DNA of 63,290 nucleotides, the filler included, from Octopus bimaculoides (lineage: Eukaryota): assembly GCF_001194135.2 (NCBI RefSeq). It is 5 parts of 4 records of this genome, joined end to end, with 100 filler letters (N's around TTAATTAATTAA, not from the genome) between each part and the next. Parts side by side here need not be neighbours in the genome. Positions count along the whole stretch, not along the records: positions 1 to 19,932 come from NC_068984.1; 4 more parts are not named here. The stretch is one strand, 5' to 3'. The notes under the pieces are model-generated. The model was not told where the DNA came from. It saw nothing but the letters and a program-made list of their open reading frames with translations, and searched no databases. The translations under genes were made by a program, and so were the position numbers. Shown here piece after piece: positions 1-12,852 of the stretch (the stretch's first letter is position 1; each line of letters starts with the position of its first letter).

Positions 1-51
1 ATATATATATATATATATATTCATGCATGTATGTACAAGGTGGCATCAAGA

Positions 52-362
52 AGTTCCCAGACTAGTTATGTTTAATAAAAATAACTTATTTACCTAAGTT
101 TTAACATCATCTTTGAAATAGTCACCTTGTGCATAGTCACCTTGAAATAGTCACCTGATTTCTCAGCCCAAGAATTACAGCGTGATGTGCTGCTTGACTG
201 GTCCCCCCTCTCTCTCTCTCTCTCTCTTTATATATATACCACTTTTGGAATCTGGTCTGGAAGTTGTTTTCTGCAAGCAAGTTGAAGACCTTCTGTGATT
301 TGCTCTAGATTTTGACAAATAGTGTTAAAATTGTTACCTCTGAGCTGCATTTTCATCTTGGA
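52..362 (-). mobile_element. mariner/Tc1-like transposon 3' fragment
   Basis: Reverse complement around 110-130 reads like the mariner C-terminus (GDYFK). Closely similar to 62395-62590 (ttatttacctaagttttaacatc...agtcaccttg). Confidence 0.5.
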
Positions 363-364
363 GA

Positions 365-1020
365 CGAGATACACGTCTCTCTTGCACACCACATCTGATG
401 CATCTTATGCCTAATTTTTCTCTAAAGATACTTATACTCTGTTGTACTTGCACACTGACATTGCACATCCACTGAATCATGCTAGCTTCATTTCTTTCAA
501 GCTTTCACATGTCCTCTGCAGTCACAGCCCATGTTTCACTGCCTTTTAGTACAGCTGTCAAGACACCGGCATCATTCAATCTGCCTCTCAATCTGAGGGA
601 GAGGCCTTTTGTTATCACAAAAGTAGAAGCTCTCTGAACTTTGTTCAGCCTATTTTTACTCTAGCACATACACTCACAGAGCATCCACCTCCACTGCTGA
701 CTTAGTCACCCAGATAACAGAACTACTACTTCTAAGTATCCCCCCTGGCATTTTCTGTTCATCTCTTATGTTTATTGTACCTGTACATTTGCCACACAGA
801 CTATTTCCCTGTTAACCTTCCTCTCATATTGCTGCACATCTTATGTGTCCACACCTTGCCTTGGGTACACCTTATTGAGTTTCTACCTATGCCTTTTATA
901 TATATATTGAGCAGGGCCGTCTCCCTGAAGGGATTTGTGATTTGTCCATTTTCCTACTTACTAAGACTTTGGTCTTTGTTAAATTAGCCATAAGACCCTT
1001 TGATTCCAGACCTTGTTTCC
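365..1020 (-). mobile_element. RTE-clade LINE fragment (post-RT / C-terminal region)
   Basis: 800-1020 is the reverse complement homolog of 4090-4300: the antisense ORFs 775..987 and 4113..4310 align (FPVNLPLILLHILCV vs FPINLPLMLLHLLCV). The minus strand near 660-760 resembles the RTE LEVVDxFCYLGD..SSGGGC motif. Confidence 0.75.
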
Positions 1021-1187
1021 ACTATGTATGTATGTAGGTGTATATGTGTAGCCCTTTGCACATGGTTTTCTAAACTTTCACATTGCTTGCTCCGCTGTTG
1101 ACACTATTATACCATGCAAAATGACCAGCTAAGCTAAGAAAGTTCTCCAGTTTTAATGACTCGTCATTCCTTCATCTAACTCATAAT

Positions 1188-1385
1188 ACTTGTAATTCTT
1201 TAATTTTCCAAATAACTTTCAAATTATTTCTTTAAATCCTTGCAATATTCTCTCCCTGTTTCATAATCCATGTGTTCCCAACTTTCCTAACTTGTAATTC
1301 TTTAATTCTTCAAATAACTTTCAAATCGTAATTCATTAAATTCTTGCAATATTCTCTCTCCTTGTTTCATAACCCATGCCTTCCC
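1188..1385. repeat. two-copy tandem duplication, period about 102 bp
   Basis: acttgtaattctttaatt..caaataactttcaaat...cttgcaatattctctc occurs at 1188 and 1290. Confidence 0.8.
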
Positions 1386-2019
1386 ATACTTTGCCACGAT
1401 TCTCACCTTGTTTATAACTCAAGTGTTTCTCATTCTTGTCATGATTCTCTCAGTGATAAAGTCTTTCAAGTCTCTCTCTCTGTCTGTCTCACTAATGTCT
1501 TCTTACTACTGGCCATTGCTTATCCATGTTGCACCTACCCATTCCTTCCCCCATCACCTACTCTGGAAATCTCTTATACTGGAAATCTCTTCTCTTATAC
1601 CGGAAACTCCTACAGGGCTTTGCCTCACTTCTGTACCAGAAGACTTGCATACCTCTGTCCCTCCCTCCCTACTACTACCAATCATCTACACTACTGCATG
1701 CATCAAAAGGAGATGTGTTACTTAGTAAATTAACAAACCACCTACCACTTTCTCTCTATATATAATGGACTAACCAACAGTAGCTCATTCATTTATTTAA
1801 TTTTAACATTGACCCATTTATATTTGTAGCAGCAATGCTTATATTTACAATGCTTACATTACATTTAACCCCAATAGGGACAACAATTTTAACATGTTTA
1901 AATGATGAAATGTTAAAGCTAGAACAACTGATGTGACACATCAAATGATCACTGAAACCTTCTTTTCATGTGCTGAATACTATCTCTCCTTCCTATGTTC
2001 CCTCCCATGTCCCTTTTCC

Positions 2020-4320
2020 AGTTTTCAGAGTTGGTACTGTCAATGTAGGCACATTGAAAGGTAGGTCTAGCGAGATTGTTGAGATGCTTGAACGGAGGTG
2101 TGTTGCATCCAAGAGGTAAGGGGGAGAGGAGTTTCATCCAGGTTCTTCACAGGCAAGACACATAGGTATAAAATCTTCTGGGAAGATAACAGTAACAGGG
2201 TAGGTGGTGTGGGCATACTTCTTGCAGAGAAATGAGTAAATAAGATCATAGAGGTAGTCAGAGTGTGCGATAGAGTATTTAAGCTCAGGCTAGTCTTGCA
2301 GAATAGTAAAGCGACAATTGTCTCTGCCAGTGCTCCATAAGCGGATCTACCAAATGAACAGAAGGACCACTTTTATGATATTCTTCTGCAGGCTGCCTTA
2401 GAGACAAGTTACAATGATCTCATCTTCATGGCTGGGGATTTCAATGGGCATGTTGGATGGCAGCCTGGTATCTTCCATGGTGTACATATGGGCCATGGAA
2501 TTGGTTCCTAAAATGAAGAGGGAACAAGGCTACTGGAGTTCTGTGATGCAACTAACCTATTGATCTACAACACCAACTTCAGGAAGCTAGCCTGATAACC
2601 TACCAATAAGGTGACTGTGCCAGCCAGATTGATTACATTCTCACCAGACAGCAGGATGCATGGTTGCTCTTAAATACAAAGACCCCCCCCCCCAGTGAAG
2701 AATGTACCCCCACCACCACCACCATAGACTAGTTGTTAGTGATTTTAGACTCCAGGCTAGAAGGATTCCAAGAAGCAGACCTATCTGGAAAAGGAGGATT
2801 TGGAAGCTTAAGGACTCTTCATATGGTCAAAGATTTAAGGGCATCCTAATTGCGAAAATTTGATGAGAGGGAGGAGGAGCTACAGACTTGTGGCATTGAG
2901 GGCAACTGGGAATTCCTGTGAGACAGCTTACTAAGTGCCACAGATCAAATCTGCAGCTGGTACAAAGTCCCATCCAGCCCTAGTAACACGGTAGTGGAAC
3001 GATGCTATAGACAGGGCCATTAGAGCAAAGAAACAGGCCTAGATGAGTGGGTGTAGCAGGGAACTGTATCAGATAGCCAGAAGCAGAAAAGAAGTTGGCC
3101 TATGTTCAGTGATGTGAGGACCAAAGAACTGAAGTGTTTCAGATTGCAAAACAGTATGTGAGAGAAAATCATGATGTCATAGGGGAGAAATGTGTCCACA
3201 TGGATGATGGTGCACTTGCATTTAATGATTCTGCAAAGAAAGAGGCTTGGAAATGCCATTATGAAAGACTGCTAAATGTGGAGAATGAATGAGAGGACTG
3301 CCAAATGTTGACCCAGTTGAGGGACCAGCTACCTAAATAGACAGGTAGATAAAGCAATTAAGGATATGTAGACAAGGAAAGACCCCAGCCCATCATGAAT
3401 TACCACTGAAATACTTAAAATATCTGGTGGTGTGGGTTAAGGTCTAGTCACCTGTATTGTAAATCAGATGGTTTATGAAGGAGTCATTCCAATGACTGGT
3501 TTAGCAGCACCATAGTCAACTGCTACAAAGGTAAAGGTGATGCCTTAGAAATAATTACAAAGGTATCAAATTGTTAGATTAGGTGATGAAAGTTCCGGAG
3601 AGAGTTATAGCCCAACTAATTAGGGAGACAGTTAACCTAGATGAGATGCAGTTTGGGTTCGTGCCAGGGATAAGCACCACTAATACTATATTTCTGGTAG
3701 AGCAGCTGCAGGAGAAATACATAGCCAAAGATAAACCTCTGTACTTGGCTTTTGTTGACATGGAGAAATCCTTTGACAGGGTCCCCCCAATCTCTTATCT
3801 GGTGGTCAATGTGGAAACTAGGGATAGATGAGTGGCTGTACAAGCCCTGTACAGGGGTGCTGTCAGTAAGGTGAGTATTAGCAATGAGTACAGCAAAAAA
3901 TTCAGGGTACAAGTAGGAATTCATCAAGGATTGGTCCTCAGCCCCCTCTTGTTCATCATAGTCCTCCAGGCAATAACAGAGGAATTTAAGACGGGCTGCC
4001 CCTGGGAGCTCCTCTATGCTGATGACCTTGCTCTTATAGCTGAATCACTACCAAAACTAGAGAAGTAGTTTCAGGTGTGGAAGCAAGGTCTAGAATTGAA
4101 GGGCGTTAGAGTTTACCTAGGAAAAACCACAGTCTTAGTAAGTAGAAAGGCAGACAAATCACAAACCCCTTCAGGTCGATGGCCCTGCTCAATCTGTAGA
4201 AAAGGCGTTGGTAGAAACTCTATAAGATGCACCTGGTGAAAGCTTTGGACACATAGAAGGTGCAGCAACATCAAAGGAAGGTTAATAGGGAAATTAGCTT
4301 TGGGCCTCACAGAGGCCCTT
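2020..4320 (+). mobile_element. degenerate RTE-clade non-LTR retrotransposon (APE endonuclease + reverse transcriptase)
   Basis: VGTVNVGTLKGRSSEIVEMLERR (APE motif I) near 2030, GDFNGHVG near 2435, QFGFVPG...LAFVDMEKSFDRVP (ORF 3583), GIHQGLVLSPLLF and YADD (ORF 3832). Many stops and frameshifts. Confidence 0.92.
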
Positions 4321-4489
4321 TGACCAAGACCTATTGAGTGTTGGGCCTCACAGAGGCAAAGTGGCTCAGCTCTTTTTGAGTTTTGGGCCTCATGGAGGCA
4401 ATAACCGAGACTTTATATCATGCTTGAGAAAAAGACCCATGAAGCTGAGCAAAATTGTTGTCATGGCAGATACCAGTGTCATGCAAATG

Positions 4490-4690
4490 GTATCTGTGCC
4501 AGTGGCACGTAAAAGCACTCATTACATTCTTGGAGTGGTTGGTGTTTGAAGGACATCTAGCCATAGAAATCATGCCAAATCTAAGTGGAGTCTGGCACAG
4601 CCTTTCAGCTTGCCTGTCCTGGTCAAACCATCCAACTCATGCTAGCATGGACAATAGATGTTAAATGATAATGATGATGATGATGATGAT
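4490..4690 (+). mobile_element. RTE-type 3' tail / SINE tail ending in (GAT)n
   Basis: gtcaaaccatccaactcatgctagcatgga...gttaaatgataatgatgatg; the same tail occurs at 8060-8115, 40080-40135 and 47150-47220. Confidence 0.7.
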
Positions 4691-4924
4691 GCTATACACA
4701 CATAATATGTGTGTATAGCATCATCATCATCATCATCAATGAAATTCATTGTTGACTTGTAATGCTGGAATGCTTGACACCTAAAAATTCTGATGAATCT
4801 ACATCTATATATTTTGTGTTCTCAGGATTTATATTGAAGATGGGTTTGATGCCGTATATGAATTTTGATAAAGGAATTTGACCTATGAAAGTTTGTCCTC
4901 CACTTTACTTTGTATGTATGTATA

Positions 4925-5720
4925 CAGGGTTATTCAAAATGAATAAACCGATTTCATTATGCAATTCAACTTTACGATGAAAGTAAACAAAGTTTGTCTT
5001 TAGAAGCATTGAGATGTATTGTAAGATACAGAAATAAATTTATTTCTCAAATGCGTGATAATGCTATAAATAGCATGATCAGGATAAATTATTCATATAA
5101 TGCAGAAAATACGTTACCATATTTTTCTGCATTATATGGATAATTTATCCTGATCACGCTATTTATAGCATTATCACACATTTGAGAAATAAATTTATTT
5201 CTGTATCATTATGCAATATATTAACAAGGAAAAGTATTAGAAAACTCCTGCTAAGTCACAAGTATTTACTCACAATCAACTTTTATTTCCTGTCTTACAA
5301 GTGTTCAAAATGGCCACCACCTGCAGCACAGACAACATCAGTGCGATAAGAGAGTTCCTCCCATATGTGTATCAGCATATCAAAAGTAATTTCATTATGG
5401 AACTTGCTTTGCTTTGCTTGAGGCAATTCCAGAAGATATTGACATAGAAGGGAAATGGAAAAACTTCGATAAAGCATTCAACCAGACAGCCAAAGAAGTA
5501 CTCAGTGGATTGTGATATGGTGATAAGCGCCTGGGAGAACCTCTTTTATTGCATTGATGTTGCCTGTGCTGCAGGTGGTGGCCACATTGAACGCTTGTAA
5601 GACGGCAAATAAAAGTTGATTGTGAGTAAATACTTGTGACTTAGCTGGAGTTTTCTATTGGTTTTCCTTATTAATATATATTGCATAAAGAAATCAGTTC
5701 ATTCTTTTTGAATAACCCTG
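4925..5720. mobile_element. Tc1/mariner-derived non-autonomous foldback element
   Basis: TIRs cagggttattcaaaa (4925) and ttttgaataaccctg (5706-5720), TA on the left flank. Transposase C-terminus (WEELSYRTDVVCAAGGGHFEHL) present in both orientations. Confidence 0.8.
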
Positions 5721-6340
5721 TCTATATATGTATATATATGATTGTTTTTATTGTGGGGAAAGGATTTGTACAAATCCAGTCCTACTCTCTGAACATGGAC
5801 AACATAAACTTGGAAAGAAGAACTAGCCTACATCTTCAAATATTGTCAGTGTCGCAGATTTTCTCTTAGAGTTTTCCTCACTTAGAGAGATGTTATGACA
5901 ACAACAAAAGGGCTTCCCACTACCAATGTGCCAACTGTGCACCTGGACACCAACCTAAGTATTTCCACAACTCTGCGCATATATGTATACATATATGTGT
6001 ACACATTGTTGGATGATTGTTGACTGCTTATGAGTTCTTCCGCCCTTTGACAGGTCTTATTTTCTGTCCTGCAGGGTGTCCAACAATTACCTTCCTCAAC
6101 AGGCAAGCTTGATGGGGTTGGATGTTTAATCCCCGACAATTTGAACATGCAATAGATTGTACTGGATTACATGTTACCAGTAGCACCCAAGAACAAAATG
6201 ACATAAAAAAATCATCCAGCACAGGTATAGCCTAAAAAACAAAAATGTAAGACCTATCACAAAAATCGCTAGTCATAGCCTTTACACGTGTGACTTTTGA
6301 TAAGGCAATGGAAATCCACAAATATGAGTTTGCAGACATC

Positions 6341-6433
<93 letters not shown>

Positions 6434-6464
6434 CATACATATATATTTATAATATATCGTCATC

Positions 6465-7460
6465 ATCATCATTCCATTTAAGGTCCGCTTTCCATCCTAC
6501 CATAGGTTGGACGATTTGATTAGGGACTGGTGAACCAGATGGCTACACCAGACTCCAATCTGATCTGGCAGAGCACTCCAAGACTGTAGTGGATGCTTTT
6601 TACGTGCCACCAGCACGAGGGCCAGTCCAGCGGTACTGGTAACGGCCACGCTCAAATGGTGTTTTTTACGTGCCACCTGCACAGGAGTCAATCCAATATT
6701 TTGTTCACATGCTACCGGCACAAGTGCCAGTAAGGTGAAGCTGGAAATGATTGCACTCAAATGGTGCTTTTTANNNNNNNNNNNNNNNNNNNNNNNNNNN
6801 NNNNNNNNNNNNNNNNNNNNNNNNNNNNNNNNNNNNNNNNNNNNNNNNNNNNNNNNNNNNNNNNNNNNNNNNNNNNNNNNNNNNNNNNNNNNNNNNNNNN
6901 NNNNNNNNNNNNNNNNNNNNNNNNNNNNNNNNNNNNNNNNNNNNNNNNNNNNNNNNNNNNNNNNNNNNNNNNNNNNNNNNNNNNNNNNNNNNNNNNNNNN
7001 NNNNNNNNNNNNNNNNNNNNNNNNNNNNNNNNNNNNNNNNNNNNNNNNNNNNNNNNNNNNNNNNNNNNNNNNNNNNNNNNNNNNNNNNNNNNNNNNNNNN
7101 NNNNNNNNNNNNNNNNNNNNNNNNNNNNNNNNNNNNNNNNNNNNNNNNNNNNNNNNNNNNNNNNNNNNNNNNNNNNNNNNNNNNNNNNNNNNNNNNNNNN
7201 NNNNNNNNNNNNNNNNNNNNNNNNNNGTGCCACCTGCACAGGAGTCAATCCAATGTTTTGTTCACATGCCACCGGCACAAGTGCCAGTAAGGTGAAGCTG
7301 GAAATGATTGCACTCAAATGGTGTTTTTTACGTGCCACCTGCACAGGAGTCAATCCAATGTTTTGTTCACATGCCACCGGCACAAGTGCCAGTAAGGTGA
7401 AGCTGGAAATGATTGCACTCAAATGGTGCTTTTTACGTGCCACTGGCACGGAAGCGAGAC
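6465..7460 (-). mobile_element. SINE-like element with internal 105-bp tandem array (spans gap)
   Basis: Reverse-oriented (GAT)n tail at 6465-6530. Unit gtgccacctgcacaggagtcaatcc... at 6670, 7227, 7332, with a partial copy at 7437. Confidence 0.75.
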
Positions 7461-8334
7461 CGCTGCTATGGCAGTGATCCCGCTCAGATGGTGATGTTAT
7501 CGCTCCACTGGCACGGGTGCCAGTCATCGAATTTAATTCAGTTTTGATCTCACTTGCCCCAACAGGTCTTTGCAAGCTGAGTTTAGTGTCCAATGAGGGA
7601 AGGTTGGCATGGATGCCAGTCATCAAATTTGGTTCAATTTCGATTTCGATTTTACTTGCCTCAACAGGTCTTTGCAAGCAGTGTTTTGTGTCCAAAGAAG
7701 GAAAGGTACACATAAGTGGGCTGGCTACAACCCTGGTAAAGGCCACAGATTATGGTCTCACTTGTCTTGCCAAGTCTTCTCACGCACAGCATATTTCCAC
7801 AGGTCTCCGTCATTAGTCATTGCCTTGGTGATATATATATATATGTATGGATGTATACAAATTTATATACACGTGTATATATAGCACAATCTGAATGTGG
7901 CCGATGCAAGTGCCACCTAACTGGCTCCCATGCTGGTGGTATGCAAAAAACACCCAGTACACTCTTGGAGTAGTTAGCGTTAAGAAGGGCATGCAGCTGT
8001 AGAATCCTTGTGAGATCAGATTAGAGTCTGGTGCAGCCTCCTGCCTTGCCAGTCCTTAGTCAAACTATCCAGCCAATGCCAGTATGGAAACCAGACGTTA
8101 AACGATGATGGTGATGATCATACACATGTGCATATATGTGTATATATCTCTACATATATATATACATGTATGTATATATGTGTGTGTGTGTATATATATG
8201 TATATATATATATATNNNNNNNNNNNNNNNNNNNNNNNNNNNNNNNNNNNNNNNNNNNNNNNNNNNNNNNNNNNNNNNNNNNNNNNNNNNNNNNNNNNNN
8301 NNNNNNNNNNNNNNNTATATATATATATATATAT

Positions 8335-8695
8335 AGGCATAGGAGTGACTGTTTGATAAGTAGTTTGTTTCCCAACCACATAGTTCCGGGTTCAGTTCCA
8401 CTTCGTGGCACCTTGGGTAAGTGTCTTCTGCCTTGTGAGTGGATTTGGTAGACGGAAACTGAAAGAATCCCATCGTCCCTATATGTGTGTTTGTGTCTGT
8501 GTTTTATCCCTCCAAAATCGCTTGATAACTGATGCCAGTGTGTTTACGTCACCATAACTTAGCTGTTCGGCAATAGAGACCGATAGAATAAGTACTAGAG
8601 TTACAAAGAATAAGTCTTCGGGTCGATTTGCTCGACTAAATGTGGTGCTCCAGCATGGCCGCAGTCAAATGACTGAAACACATAAAAGAATATAT
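8335..8695 (+). mobile_element. tRNA-derived SINE (composite)
   Basis: tRNA-like head with B-box-like ggttcagttcc, body ccttgggtaagtgtcttc...gtgagtggatttggtagacggaaactgaaag, tail gtgctccagcatggccgcagtcaaatgactgaaac. Near-identical to 42043-42462. Confidence 0.85.
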
Positions 8696-11600
8696 AGAGA
8701 TGGATAGATAGATAGATAGATAGACAGGCAGACAGAGAAAAAATAAATTCAAAAAGAACAATTCAAACTTTATGAGAGATCCAAAAAGAGAGAAAAAATG
8801 ATTTCTAATATTCATCGTAGTTATGAAAATCAGCCCGGGCAAGTAATACGAATATGAAACTAATAGTTGAAAAATTTATAGGTATAAATATACCATAAAC
8901 ATACATAGATAGACAGATAGATAGTGACTGGTAATGAATACGCACACCACCTATTTTCGGCTTAACAAAAACCCTAACCCCAAAAACAGGCTGTACTTAT
9001 TCTTTACCTTCGCCACACACACACACATACATATATATATAAATATATATATATATACACAAATACGTTTATACACGCATACATATCCATACAATGCATA
9101 AAAACCATGTACTAGTACGTATGAAGAACATATCAATATAACATCCAAGTCAGCCATTACTAGGATTAGGAAACTAGGCGGGCACAGTTCCATACATCAA
9201 CAGATTATATACACAATTCGGTTAATAAAAATCTGAAGATGATGAATTATTCAACAGGAATGTAAATCCAACTTACAAATCCAACTGTGAAAATATTCGA
9301 AATGTCAAAATTAGTCGCCTTGCAATCTAGCCCCGGTGTTTCCCCGATAACAGATCATAATAAAATTTCAGGTGTATGTATACGTGGTGGGAGGTATCTA
9401 CAGAACGGATAGAGAGAGAGAGAGACAAATGTATCGATATTTGGCAGTGTCGAAAGTCTGTCGCTTTCAGTCTCACGAGGTCATCAGATAATAACCACGA
9501 CGACGAACCATGTTTCTCGAACACATCCCGCCCTATTCCTGGAATGACCATATAACACAACTTCTTTTCGCTTATTAAATTGTTTCCGGATGTTGCGATT
9601 TGTAATATCTTATGTATAGCTACGAAAAACAGATAAAATACTAAAAGAAAATTGAAAAACATAAAGGAATTTAAATAATAATAAACCAAGAACAATATAT
9701 TGAATCGGAATACTGCTGAATACACACGTGTATATAATATTTGAATTGCATACATTATGAAGATCCTGAAAAAAATAAGTGAAAAACATTTCTATTTCAT
9801 ATTTATTTACAGGAAAACAAGAATGAATAACTGGAATATGAAACACATATGCTATACTCAAAATAAATTAGAAAATGAGTATTATTAATTGTCAAATGTA
9901 AACCATGCTTCAGACACCACCACTCCTTTGTTAGTGGTGGGTAGCTATACATACATAAGAATATTTCTAGAAAATCGGGGAAAGTGTTTAGTCAACTGGT
10001 GAAATACGACATAAGAATTTAAAGAACGTCAGTCTAATTAAAGAGCTAGCAATTAATATATTAATTTCTACAGGCTTTAGCAGATTCCTTCGTTTATATT
10101 TTATAATAATAAATGCATTGGATTTCCTAATTGATGTAGAAGATGAATAAGTCATTAATTGTCCTTTTGCATAAGAATACTCTTACCAAACAGATTGATC
10201 GTAATATTTGTTATTATTTTGGAATGATATGAAATGAGGTGGGGTAATGAAATCTGATCAAAGTCAGTAATAGATTCAGCTTAAGTCCAACCCAACCATT
10301 CCAATTGAGAAGCAAAATTTGTCGGAAAATATCGACGATGCCAAAGAAATCACAATAGGAAGTTTAAAGTGAGGTTGAATGGTATTTGATAAAATATTTT
10401 CCAGCACTATAACGAAGGAATGAAAGACATTCCACTCACAGTCCCGTGACTGCAGTGGTTAAACATTCAGATACACACATTAACCCAAAGTGGGTGTCCC
10501 CACGGGTAAAAGTAACCAAAGCCCACCCTGTGATAAACTGCATCATAAAGACTTGAGTAAATTACCTTAACCTTTATGGCACTCATTTTCGGCTAATCAT
10601 GTCTCTGCTACAGTAGAGAAAACCGGGAAGTATGTAGTGAGATGAATGTGTTGAAAAAAACAGGCTCTTTCTAACACAAACAACACTACCTACCATTTTG
10701 TCGAGTCATGTGACCGATTGAAAGTTATTGTTAAAATACAACTTGAAACTTTAACAACCGAAACGAAATTCAGCTACTTTGGATTTATTTCTTGTTTTTC
10801 TCTTTTCCATTATGGAGTCCGGTTTATTCGATATACTTTTTAAATATATTTGATCGCTTCTATCTCGCAACAAAAAAAGAACAAAAGGTTTCTATAATTC
10901 ACATTCAATGTGAATTTACAAACAAAAAAGAAAATGTGAAATATATGTAACAAAACCGAAAGTATTCCAATTCGCAGCAAACACATACGCAATTGTACAC
11001 ATATAATATACACAAGCATCTACTTACTATACACATATTGCGATGTACGGAGTTGTTTGACGTTTGCCCTTTTACCGGATGGTAGTTATATTAGTGCATA
11101 TTTGTGTCCTCTACAGGTGATCGTTCTTTGTTGACATGTTACCCACTGTAACCCCAAACTGGCGGATCTCGTTTATTATAGTATTACAGCACCTCTCTTC
11201 CAGGTACAAATGAACGCTTACTTCCTATTGAAATCATTAAGCTTAAAATGTGTTTTGCGATAATTTGAAACAAAAGTTACTCCATTTTGGCCTCGCTGTG
11301 AAAAGTAAACAAAAGTAGTTATACCACATGATTTTAAAGGAATCGATTTCACTAATTTCTACTCTTTTTAAAGCTTCTTTGCAGAAAGAATAGTGATGTA
11401 TCCGCCGTGAGATTAGTTGCTCATAGCTATATAGAGAGTACCCAAACTCAACAAAATTGATCAATCTTAGTAGTTCTGTCACTGATGAAGATCTAAGAAG
11501 AACAAAAACTAGTCAGAGCGATCCCATTTTCCCTCTTCCCAGAAACAGTTTAAAATTACACCAATTCTTTTTCTTTTCAGATCAAGTCTAAATTGTATGT

Positions 11601-11849
11601 TTATTAAAACGAAAAGTGTACCTTACATTTTAAATTATCCCAAAACGTTGCGTAGTGCACTGTGAATTTAATTATTTTAATCTGTGTTGCCAGTGAATGT
11701 ACTGTTATGCAAATTACATTGGACCAGTTTAAGTAAGTTCTGATTTGTATGCACTATAAATAGCTGCTAATTTATCAATGGACAAAAGATGGATATTATT
11801 AGTCCAATGAAGTTCTAAGAAGTTTAGAACAACTAATTAAAAGGATTCC

Positions 11850-12760
11850 ATGGAAAGATAAAAACCTATGGTGCCACCACTTTGTTTATTATTCCACAAC
11901 AATGCTAGAATTTTATTTAAAATGTAATTATATTTCAAATTTTCCACTCTACCGGTCACTCTTTGCAACACCTGTCTGTGTTTGGATTGTCCTTGCACAG
12001 GGGCCATCTGGACTCCTGTTTTCGCCGTCAACAGAGATTAATCTTCTCTCTTCGCTCCCTTGCGCCACATGGGCTCAACTTTCCTCCCCTCTTCATCTAA
12101 CCCTCCACCTCTCTCCCTCTCACCCACCTCTCCTCTCTTGCTCTGACTCCTACTTCTCTTCACTCCTACCCTCCTTTCTTCTCTTCACTCCTACCCACCT
12201 TCTCCCTTCCCCCTCTCCCTTCATTGTCACCCCTCCCTCTTAACTCCACTCCTACACAATCCAACCCCACCCCATCTCTTCCACCCTCTCCCATATACCC
12301 CACTTCTACCCCCACCCTCAGCCTAACCCACNNNNNNNNNNTCTCGCCTCCCACACATCCTAACCACCACACCATACACCACCATACCACACAACACCAC
12401 ATCACATCACACCACCACACACACACTAGCACTGACCACTTCCCATCCCCACAACATCATCCACACATCTACACATACACACGCACACTTTAAAGTCACC
12501 AGCCCTCTTCCACATGCACATACAGGCTCTCTTATACACACGCACGTGCACCTTCATTTTCAGGTCACCACTACTTTATTATCTCCCCTTATTCCTAGCT
12601 CTACTGTGTGACCCCTCTGTCCGGCATTCGCCATGATAGATTGCTAACCACTACCAATTCTTTATTTTCTCTCCTTGTTTCTTTCTGTGGAAGAGCATAG
12701 GCATGAAACATTAAAGACTTTTTCATTTCCCGAGCGTTAAACTAATACATGTTTGTCTAC
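11850..12760 (+). mobile_element. Penelope-like element 3' remnant (GIY-YIG C-terminus + pLTR-like tail)
   Basis: 11942-12082 translates FHSTGHSLQHLSVFGLSLHRGHLDSCFRRQQRLIFSLRSLAPHGLNF, typical of the end of a PLE endonuclease. Followed by a CT/CA-rich tail and a degenerate hammerhead-like motif at 12681-12716. Confidence 0.7.
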
Positions 12761-12800
12761 ACCACCTGTCATTGTCTTTTGTTTTTTTGTGAATTCTCCC

Positions 12801-12852
<52 letters not shown>

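Noticed and set aside
6670-7460. 105-bp array as a CRISPR array or 35-aa repeat protein
   Set aside because: Units are contiguous with no unique spacers, there are no cas genes, and it is embedded in a eukaryotic SINE.
6735-7746. Long ORFs spanning N runs (also 28240-30001, 36507, 44838, 51535, 58463)
   Set aside because: They are open only because Ns contain no stops; the flanks are microsatellites or repeats.
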